Source of the DNA: Candidatus Subterrananammoxibius californiae
GTDB lineage: Bacteria > Planctomycetota > Brocadiia > Brocadiales > Subterrananammoxibiaceae
Direction: 5' to 3'
DNA: 64,000 bases
NCBI GenBank assembly: GCA_030586555.1
Contig: JAURAC010000002.1
Coordinates: 32,001 to 96,000 of the forward strand
Shown here: one piece after another, positions 8,815-17,670 of the stretch
Numbering within the stretch: position 1 is the first letter of the stretch
Layout: every line of letters starts with the position of its first letter
Program-made: the position numbers and the translations under genes
The notes under the pieces: model-generated
Told to the model about the DNA's origin: nothing
The model's input: only the letters and a program-made list of their open reading frames with translations
Databases searched by the model: none

Positions 8815-9666
8815 TTATGTGAATTTCACATATAATCGTTCAATATCCAAACCGCCCTTCCCGCATTCCTCACTTATCGCATCAAGTCTTTCATTAAATG
8901 TAGGCTTATCAGTTTTATAGAAAAGCCCTACGTAAAGCTTTTTCTCATTAAGGGCAAGCGCTAAAGCCTTATTTCTATCCGTAATATCGTGCTCCTTGTC
9001 AATATCAACTACCTGTGCATTAAGCGACTGGAAGGTAACTACCCTGTTATAGGTAACGCAAGGACTCAGGACCTGGATGAAAGAGAACCCCTTATGTTCC
9101 ACCGCCTTGATAATTAAATCAATTAATTGGTCTATCTTTGATGACCCTGAATATCCCCTTGCGACAAATGTGCTGCCATATATAAGAGACAGGGCAATTG
9201 GGTCGAGCGGTTCTTCTATGGTACCGTAAGGGGAGGAGCCACTCTCAAAATCTAATTCGCTTGTAGGTGAACACTGTCCCTTGGTCATACCGTAGATGGC
9301 GTTATCCATGAGTATATATGTGATGTCAACATTTTTCCTTGCGGCATGGGGAAGATGCCCTGCGCCGATACTTAAACCGTCCCCATCCCCACCTGCCACA
9401 AAAACGGTTAAGGATGGATTTGCCGCCTTTATGCCTATTGCAACTGGAAGGGCGCGCCCATGTGCGCCGTGAAAGCCGTAAGCCTTAACAAAATCTGGCA
9501 GCCTGCTCGAACATCCTATGCCTGACACAATGACGACGTCCTTTGGGTTAACCTTCTTCACGCTAAGCGCCTTGTATAGCGCCGCAAGAACGCCGTAATC
9601 GCCGCATCCTGCACACCAGACAGGCTTTGTCCTGCTTCTATAATCAAGTGGAGTATAAGTAATCAT
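8815..9666 (-). CDS. korB: 2-oxoacid:ferredoxin oxidoreductase beta subunit
   Basis: WCAGCG, SGIGCS, HGR, GGDGD TPP motif, SPC. Confidence 0.9.
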   Translation of the reverse strand: MITYTPLDYRSRTKPVWCAGCGDYGVLAALYKALSVKKVNPKDVVIVSGIGCSSRLPDFVKAYGFHGAHGRALPVAIGIKAANPSLTVFVAGGDGDGLSIGAGHLPHAARKNVDITYILMDNAIYGMTKGQCSPTSELDFESGSSPYGTIEEPLDPIALSLIYGSTFVARGYSGSSKIDQLIDLIIKAVEHKGFSFIQVLSPCVTYNRVVTFQSLNAQVVDIDKEHDITDRNKALALALNEKKLYVGLFYKTDKPTFNERLDAISEECGKGGLDIERLYVKFT

Positions 9667-11390
9667 CTCTTGTATAAATCCTTTACTTTATTATAAATTT
9701 CCCCTGCCGTAAAGGGAATCCCTCCGCAGATGTTGAATGATGTAACTTGAATCTGGTACCTTTCCCGCAAGAGGTTTGCAAACTGACCCGTATAATTTAT
9801 CTCCGGAACAAGGATTACTTTTTTATCCTTAAGAAACTCTATAATCGCCCTATCCGGCAATGGATTTAGAACCTTCGGGTATAAGGCTTCTATTTCATAT
9901 CCCTCTGTTGTGAGCCTTTCGAGGGCTTCCCTTAATGCCCCTTCCGTTGCGCCCCAGCCGATTATTCCTGTCTTTGCATGTTGCGTGCCGTATCTCTCGA
10001 GCATGACAAGGTCGTCTGAATTATTCTGTAATTTCCTGAAACGTTTTGCGGTCATCTGGAAATGATTTTCAGGGTTGTAACTTGGCGCACCATATTCGTC
10101 ATGTTCCAACCCCTGCGCTACATAATAACCCCCCTCTTCACCCGGAAATGTTATTGGAGAGATACCGATCGGAGTCATTTTATATCTGCGATAATCCCGT
10201 AGTTCATCAGCATTGGGCTTTAGTCTTTCGGTCTGTTTTACGCCTGTCAAAACTGGCCGATTAATACTTTCCTTCCTATGCCCTAAGGATTGGTCTGACA
10301 ACACTATTACAGGTAATTGATATTTTTCAGCTAAATTAAAGGCGTTTACGGTCTGATAAAAACAGTCTTCAACATTTGTAGGGGCTAAGACAATCCTCGG
10401 CGCCTCTCCATGCGCTCCGTACAGGGCAAGGTTTAAATCTGATTGTTCCGTTTTGGTGGGCATTCCTGTGCTGGGACCGCCTCGCTGGACGTCTACGATT
10501 ACGGCTGGAATTTCCGCTATGCTTGCAAGACCTATAAGTTCAACCATCAATGAAAGTCCGGGACCTGACGTGGCTGTGAATGCCCTTTGACCAGTAAACG
10601 ATGCCCCCAAAACCATGCCCAATGCGCTAATCTCATCCTCTGCCTGAATAACTGTACCGCCAACCTTTGGCAATTCAGATGCTAACCACTCCATCAGGTC
10701 CGTAGCAGGGGTAATAGGATAGCCGGCGAAGAATTTGCAGCCACCCATTAATGCACCGAGGGCGATTGCCTCGTTGCCCGATATAACTATTTTTTCGGTC
10801 TTTCCAATCGGCTTAAACTGGTTGGAAGTAGTGCCAATATCGTACCGTTTAGCGTAGTCGAAGCCCAATTTCAGTGCCAGCAGGTTCTTTTCAACGGTAG
10901 GATGGCTCTTCTTGGATGTCTTTTCTTTTATAATACCTTCGAGGATGGAATAATCCATACCGAGGATATTACTTATTGCACCGAGGGCAACCATGTTTTT
11001 GCATCTGTAAGCGCCGACATCCTTACTTACAATTTCAGTCATCGGGATAGGATAGCTTGTTATATTCCTATTAGAAGGCGCAACCCATCGTTCCTCCAAT
11101 GTTCCATCCCAGAGCAGGACTCCGCCTCTCTTTAAATCCTTCAAGTGCTCGTCACGCGCCTCGTCATTCAGTGCAAGAAGTGCATCCAGAGTGTCACCCT
11201 GAGAAAGAAGGCTTTTATCACCCGCCCTTAGCTGAAACATAGACGGTCCCCCTCTTACCTCGGCAGGATATGTCCTGAAGGTGTAAATATTAAAACCCGA
11301 ACGGGCTAATGTCAGGGTAATGATTTCACCGGTAAGTACGATACCCTCACCAGATTCCCCGGCAATCCTGATAACATAATCCGTTGACAT
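9663..11390 (-). CDS. korA: 2-oxoacid:ferredoxin oxidoreductase alpha subunit (gamma-alpha fusion)
   Basis: GESGEG, YPITP, TATSGPG, QRGGPSTGMPT. Substrate cannot be determined from sequence alone. Confidence 0.9.
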   Translation of the reverse strand: MSTDYVIRIAGESGEGIVLTGEIITLTLARSGFNIYTFRTYPAEVRGGPSMFQLRAGDKSLLSQGDTLDALLALNDEARDEHLKDLKRGGVLLWDGTLEERWVAPSNRNITSYPIPMTEIVSKDVGAYRCKNMVALGAISNILGMDYSILEGIIKEKTSKKSHPTVEKNLLALKLGFDYAKRYDIGTTSNQFKPIGKTEKIVISGNEAIALGALMGGCKFFAGYPITPATDLMEWLASELPKVGGTVIQAEDEISALGMVLGASFTGQRAFTATSGPGLSLMVELIGLASIAEIPAVIVDVQRGGPSTGMPTKTEQSDLNLALYGAHGEAPRIVLAPTNVEDCFYQTVNAFNLAEKYQLPVIVLSDQSLGHRKESINRPVLTGVKQTERLKPNADELRDYRRYKMTPIGISPITFPGEEGGYYVAQGLEHDEYGAPSYNPENHFQMTAKRFRKLQNNSDDLVMLERYGTQHAKTGIIGWGATEGALREALERLTTEGYEIEALYPKVLNPLPDRAIIEFLKDKKVILVPEINYTGQFANLLRERYQIQVTSFNICGGIPFTAGEIYNKVKDLYKR

Positions 11391-11418
11391 GCTATTAATG
11401 GCAGGACTAATTCTTTTC

Positions 11419-11862
11419 TCAGTGTCCAGTTTTTTTTAGATAATCATTAATTGCAGCTTCGATACCTTCCTGAGCCAGCACAGAGCAGTGCATCTTTATC
11501 GGCGGCAAGCCGTCAAGAGCCTCAGCTACCGCCTGATTGGTAATGCCCTTTGCCTCTTCGACAGACTTACCCTTTATCATTTCAGTTGCCATGCTGCTCG
11601 TTGCGATAGCGGCGCCGCAGCCAAATGTCTTAAATTTTGCGTCAACAATAATCCCATCCTTTACCTTTAAAAAGAGCCTCATTACGTCCCCGCAGGCGGG
11701 ATTCCCTACCGTACCTACGCCATCTGCATCCGCAATCTCTCCCATATTGCGGGGATTCATAAAGTGGTCCATCACCTTTGCGCTATACGGACCCAATGTC
11801 TTATCGTTAGACACGTATGCCTCCTTGCCCGTCATTGATTGGGCGGGACTTAATCTCATCAT
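11419..11862 (-). CDS. iscU: Fe-S scaffold IscU/NifU N-terminal type
   Basis: YSAKVMDHF.NPRN, PACGD, FGCG, KMHCS. The true start is probably the GTG near 11814. Confidence 0.9.
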   Translation of the reverse strand: MMRLSPAQSMTGKEAYVSNDKTLGPYSAKVMDHFMNPRNMGEIADADGVGTVGNPACGDVMRLFLKVKDGIIVDAKFKTFGCGAAIATSSMATEMIKGKSVEEAKGITNQAVAEALDGLPPIKMHCSVLAQEGIEAAINDYLKKTGH

Positions 11863-13018
11863 CGTATAATGGTGACATCTGCCAGCATTTTTCTACAACC
11901 TTTGGCAGAACATCAAGAAAATAATCAACGTCTTCCATCGTATTATCCTTTCCGAAGCTTACGGTTATCGAGCCGTGGCAAACGTCCGGCGGAACACCAA
12001 TGGCAGTTAGTACATGGGATGCCTTCAAATCCGGGGAACTACAGGCTGACCCGCTTGCAACGGCAATACCATTATAGTTCAAGAACAGAACTAACGTTTC
12101 CCCCTCAGCAAATGATATCCAGAAGCTTACATGCCCTGGCAATCTTTTCAAGATATGTCCTGTAAAATGAAAGTATTTTAATCTATTGGGCAGCTCGTGT
12201 ATTAGTTTGTCTCTGAGTGGTATGAGGTGTTCAATCCTTGAGTTCATCTCAAGCCTTGCCAGTTCAGCAGCCTTTCCCATGCCTACTATGCCAGGGACAT
12301 TATCCGTACCCGGCCTCCTTCCGCCTTCCTGCGCGCCACCCTTGAGGATTGGTACAATATCCACCCCTTCCCTCAAATAAAGCGCTCCAACACCTTTTGG
12401 TCCGTAAAATGCGTGACCAACCATACTTAAGGCATCAACCCCTAATTCAGCCACATATACCGGTATAATGCCTGCCGTTGCCACTGCATCTGTGTGGAAA
12501 AGGACGCCTCGTGCCTTCGTTATTGAACCAATTTTAGCTATTGGCTCAATAACCCCTATTTCATTATTCGCGTGCATTATTGATATAAGTATCGTGTCCC
12601 TGTTAATAGCCTTTGCCACGTCATCCGGGTCAACCAATCCGTCTTTATCCACCTTTAGATATGTAACCTTAAAACCCATTCTTTCCAGGTCTCTTGCAGT
12701 GTAGAGAACCGAAAAATGCTCAATTTCGGAAATAATAATGTGCTTACCTTTTCCCTGATGGGCAAGTGCAAGACCCTTTATAGCCATATTGTTTGCTTCG
12801 GTACCGCTGAACGTAAAGATTATCTCCTGCGGTTTTGCCGAGATTAACTCAGCAACCTTAACTCTTGCCTCCTCGACGGCATTCTTCGCCTTTAATCCGT
12901 ATTCATGAAGATGTGCAGCAGGATTGCCAAAGGTCTCCGTAAAAAAAGGCAACATAGCCTCTACGACCCTTGGGTCTGCAGGCGTCGTAGTTACGTAGTC
13001 AAAATAAACCCTTCTCAT
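11807..13018 (-). CDS. iscS: Cysteine desulfurase
   Basis: YFDY.TT, ANNEIG, HTDAV, SGSAC motifs; see the finding on the missing PLP lysine. Confidence 0.85.
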   Translation of the reverse strand: MRRVYFDYVTTTPADPRVVEAMLPFFTETFGNPAAHLHEYGLKAKNAVEEARVKVAELISAKPQEIIFTFSGTEANNMAIKGLALAHQGKGKHIIISEIEHFSVLYTARDLERMGFKVTYLKVDKDGLVDPDDVAKAINRDTILISIMHANNEIGVIEPIAKIGSITKARGVLFHTDAVATAGIIPVYVAELGVDALSMVGHAFYGPKGVGALYLREGVDIVPILKGGAQEGGRRPGTDNVPGIVGMGKAAELARLEMNSRIEHLIPLRDKLIHELPNRLKYFHFTGHILKRLPGHVSFWISFAEGETLVLFLNYNGIAVASGSACSSPDLKASHVLTAIGVPPDVCHGSITVSFGKDNTMEDVDYFLDVLPKVVEKCWQMSPLYDDEIKSRPINDGQGGIRV

Positions 13019-13096
13019 TGTTAGATTTCCATAAATAAGATAAGTACCTTTAATGTTAGATGAAATCTACATAAGCACAGTTTCGCACATTCTTAC

Positions 13097-13124
13097 GTAG
13101 AGACGCAAAATTTTGCGTCTCTAC
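13097..13124. repeat. GTAG/CTAC REP-like palindrome (family representative)
   Basis: Perfect 28-bp palindrome gtagagacgcaaaattttgcgtctctac; relatives at 2704, 5218-5307, 13387, 13671, 28066, 42498-42588, 51567 and 62986. Confidence 0.85.
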
Positions 13125-13137
13125 CACCTGCAGGGAT

Positions 13138-14184
13138 TTAAACCAAACCTGCCGTTTCCTCCACCCCACACATAACATTCATGTTCTGTACAGCCTGACC
13201 CGAAGCGCCCTTAATCAAGTTGTCAATACACGAAATGACTACAACACGTTCCCCAACCACCCTTACCGCAATGTCGCAAAAGTTTGTACCGACAACGTCC
13301 TTGGTTTTTGGCAGCTCATCACCCTGCTTAATACGCACAAATGGCTCATTGCGGTAGAACTCATTAAAGACATCCATGATTTCAGAGTAGGGGCGACTCG
13401 CCGAGTCGCCCCTACCGACTAACTTTGCGTATATGGTTGATAGTATCCCCCGATTCATAGGTACTAAATGTGGCGCAAAACAAATTGATATATTGCTACC
13501 CGCCACCATAGATAATATTTGTTCTATCTCAGGGGCATGACGATGCGCACCAACGTTATATGCCTCGACATTCTCATTACACTCGCAGTAATGGGTATCC
13601 TCACGTGGTTCGCGTCCACGCCCTGATACGCCCGACTTTGCATCAATAATTATATCATCGAGATTGATATGTAGGGGCACGTTGCAACGCGCCCCTACCA
13701 ATGGGGCTAACCCCAGTATTGCAGACGTTGGATAACAACCGGGGTTACTGACCAACCTGGCATTTTTTATATTATCCCTGAAAAGCTCGGGGATGCCATA
13801 TACCGCTTCCTTAAGATTTGCAGTATCAGTGTGGCTTACCTTGTACCATTTTTCGTAAATGCCCTTATCCTGAAAACGATAATCTGCGCTAAAGTCTATC
13901 ACCTTCACGCCTGCTTGTAAAAACCTCGGCACATATTGCATAGCAATCGTTGGCGGTAGCGTAACGAAGACGAGGTCTGTTCCCTTGGGCATTTCCTCTG
14001 GATTCATCCCCGTGCAGCGAAGTTCAAGAATCTTCTGAAGCGAAGGAAATATCTCAGAAATCCTTGGATTGCCCTCCTTCCGTACGCCGAGATAAACAAT
14101 CTCCACTGCTGGATGCTTAACCAGAAGCTTTATCAGTTCCAGACTTGTGTATGCCGTTGCGCCTACAACGCCAACCTTAACCAT
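13138..14184 (-). CDS. argC: N-acetyl-gamma-glutamyl-phosphate reductase
   Basis: VVGATAY, DFSADYR, NPGCY, DNLIKGASGQA. Confidence 0.95.
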   Translation of the reverse strand: MVKVGVVGATAYTSLELIKLLVKHPAVEIVYLGVRKEGNPRISEIFPSLQKILELRCTGMNPEEMPKGTDLVFVTLPPTIAMQYVPRFLQAGVKVIDFSADYRFQDKGIYEKWYKVSHTDTANLKEAVYGIPELFRDNIKNARLVSNPGCYPTSAILGLAPLVGARCNVPLHINLDDIIIDAKSGVSGRGREPREDTHYCECNENVEAYNVGAHRHAPEIEQILSMVAGSNISICFAPHLVPMNRGILSTIYAKLVGRGDSASRPYSEIMDVFNEFYRNEPFVRIKQGDELPKTKDVVGTNFCDIAVRVVGERVVVISCIDNLIKGASGQAVQNMNVMCGVEETAGLV

Positions 14185-14253
14185 GTTTTAATGATAACAG
14201 TCGCCCCTAAAAAGTCAATTGCAAAATAACCGATAGCGTGTTATTTTAATAGC

Positions 14254-15453
14254 ATGAGAGAATCAAATAACGTAATTCGAGAAGAATTTCTCTTGCTAAC
14301 AAAGAGGCTAAAACTTGATACCGGTTCTATACCCTTGGATATCATTGGGACGCCAGAATGCACCCCATCGTTTCTTGACAATCATTTTGCAATGCTAACG
14401 AAGGATAAGTGCTCAAACCTCTTTGTAGGCCCCTATTTGAAGGGTGGCATGGACAAACTTGTTTGTCCGTGCTCAAGGCTATCAGATAGCGCCCTCGATT
14501 TGCTGACTGCCGTATATAAGAAGCTTTTTCTGCCTAACAGACAAATACGGTTCATCGGGGTGGACTTAGATGATTGCCTCTATGACGTTACACCAATCAG
14601 GCATCGGCTGGTACAAAAAATCCATACAGCGCTTAAGCCCTCCCCCCTGTCATTGCGAGCCGAAGGCAAAGCAATCTCCTGGGCGCTTTATAGTGCATAT
14701 AAGGATGATTTAGAGGCAGAAGCTATTAAGAAACAAAAGGCAAAGGCGAGTCTCGAGTCGAGAGTCATGAGTCTTGGGTCTGGACTCAGGACTCCAGACC
14801 CCAGACTCATAGACTCTTATATAGAAAGAACCTATCATGCCTATAAGGATTTCTCAAGGCTTGACAACCCTGACATACGTGCCCTATACAAACCTTATAA
14901 AGGTGTTAAGGGCACTTTAAGGGATTTAGTGGGCAGTGGCTTTATAGTAGGTATCCTTACAAACGGACCGTCAAGGTTTCAGAAGGATAAAATAGGCTTA
15001 TTGGGCCTAAAAGAGGGTAAGCACTTTAATTTTGTTACGGTCTCAGAGGAAACTGGCATTGGAAAGCCATCGAGAAGATTTTTTAAGCTTGCCAGAGAAA
15101 GAGCCTCTCAATTCGTCGTTCGTCGCTCGCCGCTCGTCGCTCGGAAGGCGGGCGACGAGTCACGGGTCACGAGCGACGAGTGTTTGATACTTGAAGACCA
15201 GGTAAAAAACATCTCCGGGGCAGACGGCTGGCTCAAGGTGCAATTTCTCCGAGGGTATCATTCAAACATCCAGCCTGAAAATGTCCATGAAATACCGAAA
15301 TATGGGATAACGAGTTTTTCACTTATACCAGATTTAATAAAACTTGAAAAAGATAGTGATTTTCAAGCCGTATCGGGAAGTTATTTTATACTGAAGTCGC
15401 TGTTGCTGATAGCCTATAATTTATGTTATGAATCTCCACTACTGTCAATTTGA
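14254..15453 (+). CDS. HAD-superfamily hydrolase with N-terminal extension and several in-frame repeat insertions
   Basis: VDLDDCLYD motif I, LTNG, GKPS, LED motif. Confidence 0.7.
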   Translation: MRESNNVIREEFLLLTKRLKLDTGSIPLDIIGTPECTPSFLDNHFAMLTKDKCSNLFVGPYLKGGMDKLVCPCSRLSDSALDLLTAVYKKLFLPNRQIRFIGVDLDDCLYDVTPIRHRLVQKIHTALKPSPLSLRAEGKAISWALYSAYKDDLEAEAIKKQKAKASLESRVMSLGSGLRTPDPRLIDSYIERTYHAYKDFSRLDNPDIRALYKPYKGVKGTLRDLVGSGFIVGILTNGPSRFQKDKIGLLGLKEGKHFNFVTVSEETGIGKPSRRFFKLARERASQFVVRRSPLVARKAGDESRVTSDECLILEDQVKNISGADGWLKVQFLRGYHSNIQPENVHEIPKYGITSFSLIPDLIKLEKDSDFQAVSGSYFILKSLLLIAYNLCYESPLLSI

Positions 15454-15602
15454 CAGTCTTCAGGCGTAGCAAGGAAACGCTTTGAAACAGAGGTTCGGAA
15501 ATTCCTTGACAAAGACATGGGTTTAGACAATAATTGGGCCGATAGCCAAAAATGGTCTTATAATTGGCATCAAATATAGTATTAGAAAGGATGTGAAATA
15601 GG

Positions 15603-15863
15603 ATGTCCATAAGCATTACAGAAGACATTAGACCCATTTCCGATTTAAAGAAAAAACCAAGTGAAATTTTCAAACAAATACACCGCACTGGTCGCCCAAT
15701 CATTGTTACTGCCAATGGAAAACCCGATGCCGTTTTGCTTGATGTAGAAATCTTTGAGAGAAAATTAAAAGCGCTAAATCTCGGCGTTTTATTAGCTGAA
15801 GCCGAAACCGAGGCAAAAATGGGGGCGTACCCGACCAGTTCGAGATTTTTTAATAGAGCTTAA
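15603..15863 (+). CDS. Phd/YefM-family antitoxin, probably frameshifted near the C-terminus
   Basis: EDIRPISDLKK...PIIVT.NGKPDAV. A G5 run at 15821-15825 appears to shift the frame away from the ending RPVRDFLIELKHSAKVSR*. Confidence 0.8.
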   Translation: MSISITEDIRPISDLKKKPSEIFKQIHRTGRPIIVTANGKPDAVLLDVEIFERKLKALNLGVLLAEAETEAKMGAYPTSSRFFNRA

Positions 15864-15868
15864 ACATA

Positions 15869-15988
15869 GTGCAAAAGTATCGCGTTGAGATAATGCTAAA
15901 GGAAAAGTTTTTTTCTTCAGCCTGTCTTTTAGGATTGCGGGTTATTCATAGCGCTCGATTGATTGATTTACAAATATTTGAGAAATAA
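15869..15988 (+). pseudogene. Internally deleted ParE/RelE toxin remnant
   Basis: GTG-started 39 codons, MQKYRVEI...LRVIHSARLIDLQIFEK*: ParE-like N- and C-termini with the core missing. Confidence 0.6.
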
Positions 15989-16221
15989 CTTTGTAATGTT
16001 ATGAGTCCACCCATTGAAAGTGCATATGGAAAACGATGAGGAAACATAATAAGTATTTATCTTCAACTCTGGGATACCATACGTAATTTGGAAGTCAATA
16101 ATTAGGTATGGTGTCCCTATAGTTCGATACAACACAAGGCACAGTTTCGGACGGGCGAATTTACGAACTATCCGTGCCCAGCGGGTCACCCGCGCTAAGC
16201 CCAACACACGGTCCTTGTGCT

Positions 16222-16509
16222 TCACTTAAATTTGGAAGCGACGCTGGCTACGCCAGTCTTAAGATCATCCCAGACCTTATCCGCGGTCTCTTTGACCTCT
16301 CCCCACGCATCGCCGCTTGCTTCCTCCAGCTCTTTCACCTTTTCAGTAGCCTCACGCAGTTTGGCGCGTAACTTATCGAGTTCACGGGTGTACTTGATTT
16401 TAACGTCTGCCCCTACGTTCTCCGCCTTTGCAGCTAATAGGTCAATCTGAGCACTCCACTCTTTCAGTTGCGTCTTCAGCCTTTGCCTATAGGCGTCTTT
16501 TGTTTCCAT
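16222..16509 (-). CDS. Small coiled-coil stress-type protein
   Basis: KDAY...QLKEW.A.ID.L.AKA...ASGDAW pattern; AGGAG RBS. Confidence 0.7.
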   Translation of the reverse strand: METKDAYRQRLKTQLKEWSAQIDLLAAKAENVGADVKIKYTRELDKLRAKLREATEKVKELEEASGDAWGEVKETADKVWDDLKTGVASVASKFK

Positions 16510-16521
16510 GGTCTACTCCTT

Positions 16522-16677
16522 TTAGAGTATGCCCAATAAGATCAGAATCAGTAAGATGGTCACCACCAGCCCGAGAGAGCCGCATGGTGCATAACCCCAC
16601 GCCAAGCTATACGGCCAGACTGGGATTACTCCTACAAGGATCAGGATTAGAATCACGACTAAGATTGTGCGAAGCAT
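16522..16677 (-). CDS. DUF3309-family small membrane protein
   Basis: MLRTILVVILILILVG.IP.WPYS..WGY.P.G.LGLV; GGAG RBS. Confidence 0.75.
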   Translation of the reverse strand: MLRTILVVILILILVGVIPVWPYSLAWGYAPCGSLGLVVTILLILILLGIL

Positions 16678-16743
16678 ATTCGTTCTCCCGTTAAAAAAGG
16701 GTAAACTAAAGAACATTCCAAAGTACATTAGCTTTTAGCCAGT

Positions 16744-17058
16744 TCATTTCACGATAAGGTTGTTTTTAACAGCTTTGACTCCACTTACAGACCTTGCTAC
16801 TTCCTCAGCCCTGGCGGAGACCTGCTTGGTATCTACGAAGCCGCTCAACTGCACGACTCCCTTGAAAGTTTCAACATTGATCTGGAGCACCTTAAGCATA
16901 GGGTCCTCGAATATTGCCGTCTTAACCTTGATCGTAATGGCAGTATCATCAATATACTCCCCTGTGCTTTCCTTCGTTGCGGTCGCCGCACAGCCGGTAA
17001 TCCATGCAATCAAAAAAAGGCCTACAAAAAAACGCTTGGTCAAATTTGCTTTTTCCAT
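16744..17058 (-). CDS. BON-domain (OsmY-like) lipoprotein
   Basis: Lipobox ITGC, GEYIDD.AIT.KVK, INVETFKG.VQLSGFV, VKNNL. Confidence 0.85.
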   Translation of the reverse strand: MEKANLTKRFFVGLFLIAWITGCAATATKESTGEYIDDTAITIKVKTAIFEDPMLKVLQINVETFKGVVQLSGFVDTKQVSARAEEVARSVSGVKAVKNNLIVK

Positions 17059-17590
17059 AATTTCTCCTCCTGATAACATGATAAATAGCTTCGCTGGAAT
17101 GACGGGAAGAACACCTTATACACTCCAACGTGACGAGAACCTTATCATAATAACTTCCCCCTTATCAATACATTATAAAAATTTTAGTTAGACCTATTTC
17201 AACACTAACGACTTATCTTTCTGAAAAATAGATAGACAATGAATACTCCCACAAAAAGCGGGTTTTTAATATAATTATACGTGATATTTGCAACCTTGTC
17301 AAATTAGGCAATGAACCCTCCCCGAAAAATAGCAGGCTTTCAGCTTCATGTACGTTTATTTCAATCCGCTTCAGGTGGAATAAAAATCCACTTTTTTTTC
17401 AAAATGGTGGGATGTCAATATGACATAGCCTTTTTATGAAGGATTCTGCTTGCTGTCAATTTGACAGCCTAAAAAGAGGTGAAAAGGTGAAAAAGTAGAA
17501 AGGTAACGAGTTGAAGAGAAGTTTTCTAACCCCTTAGTCTTTAATCTCTTAGCCTATTAACCTATTAGCCTTTTAACTTCTTAACTTGTT

Positions 17591-17606
17591 TAGGCACTTG
17601 TTTTGC
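17591..17606 (+). promoter_or_regulatory. sigma54 (-24/-12) promoter upstream of groEL
   Basis: TAGGCACTTGTTTTGC has GG-N10-GC spacing, 65 bp before the ATG. Confidence 0.55.
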
Positions 17607-17670
17607 GTTTAATTAAAGATAATCATCTAATTCTAAAATAGGTCACTAAACTTTGGAGGAAATTAAAAAA

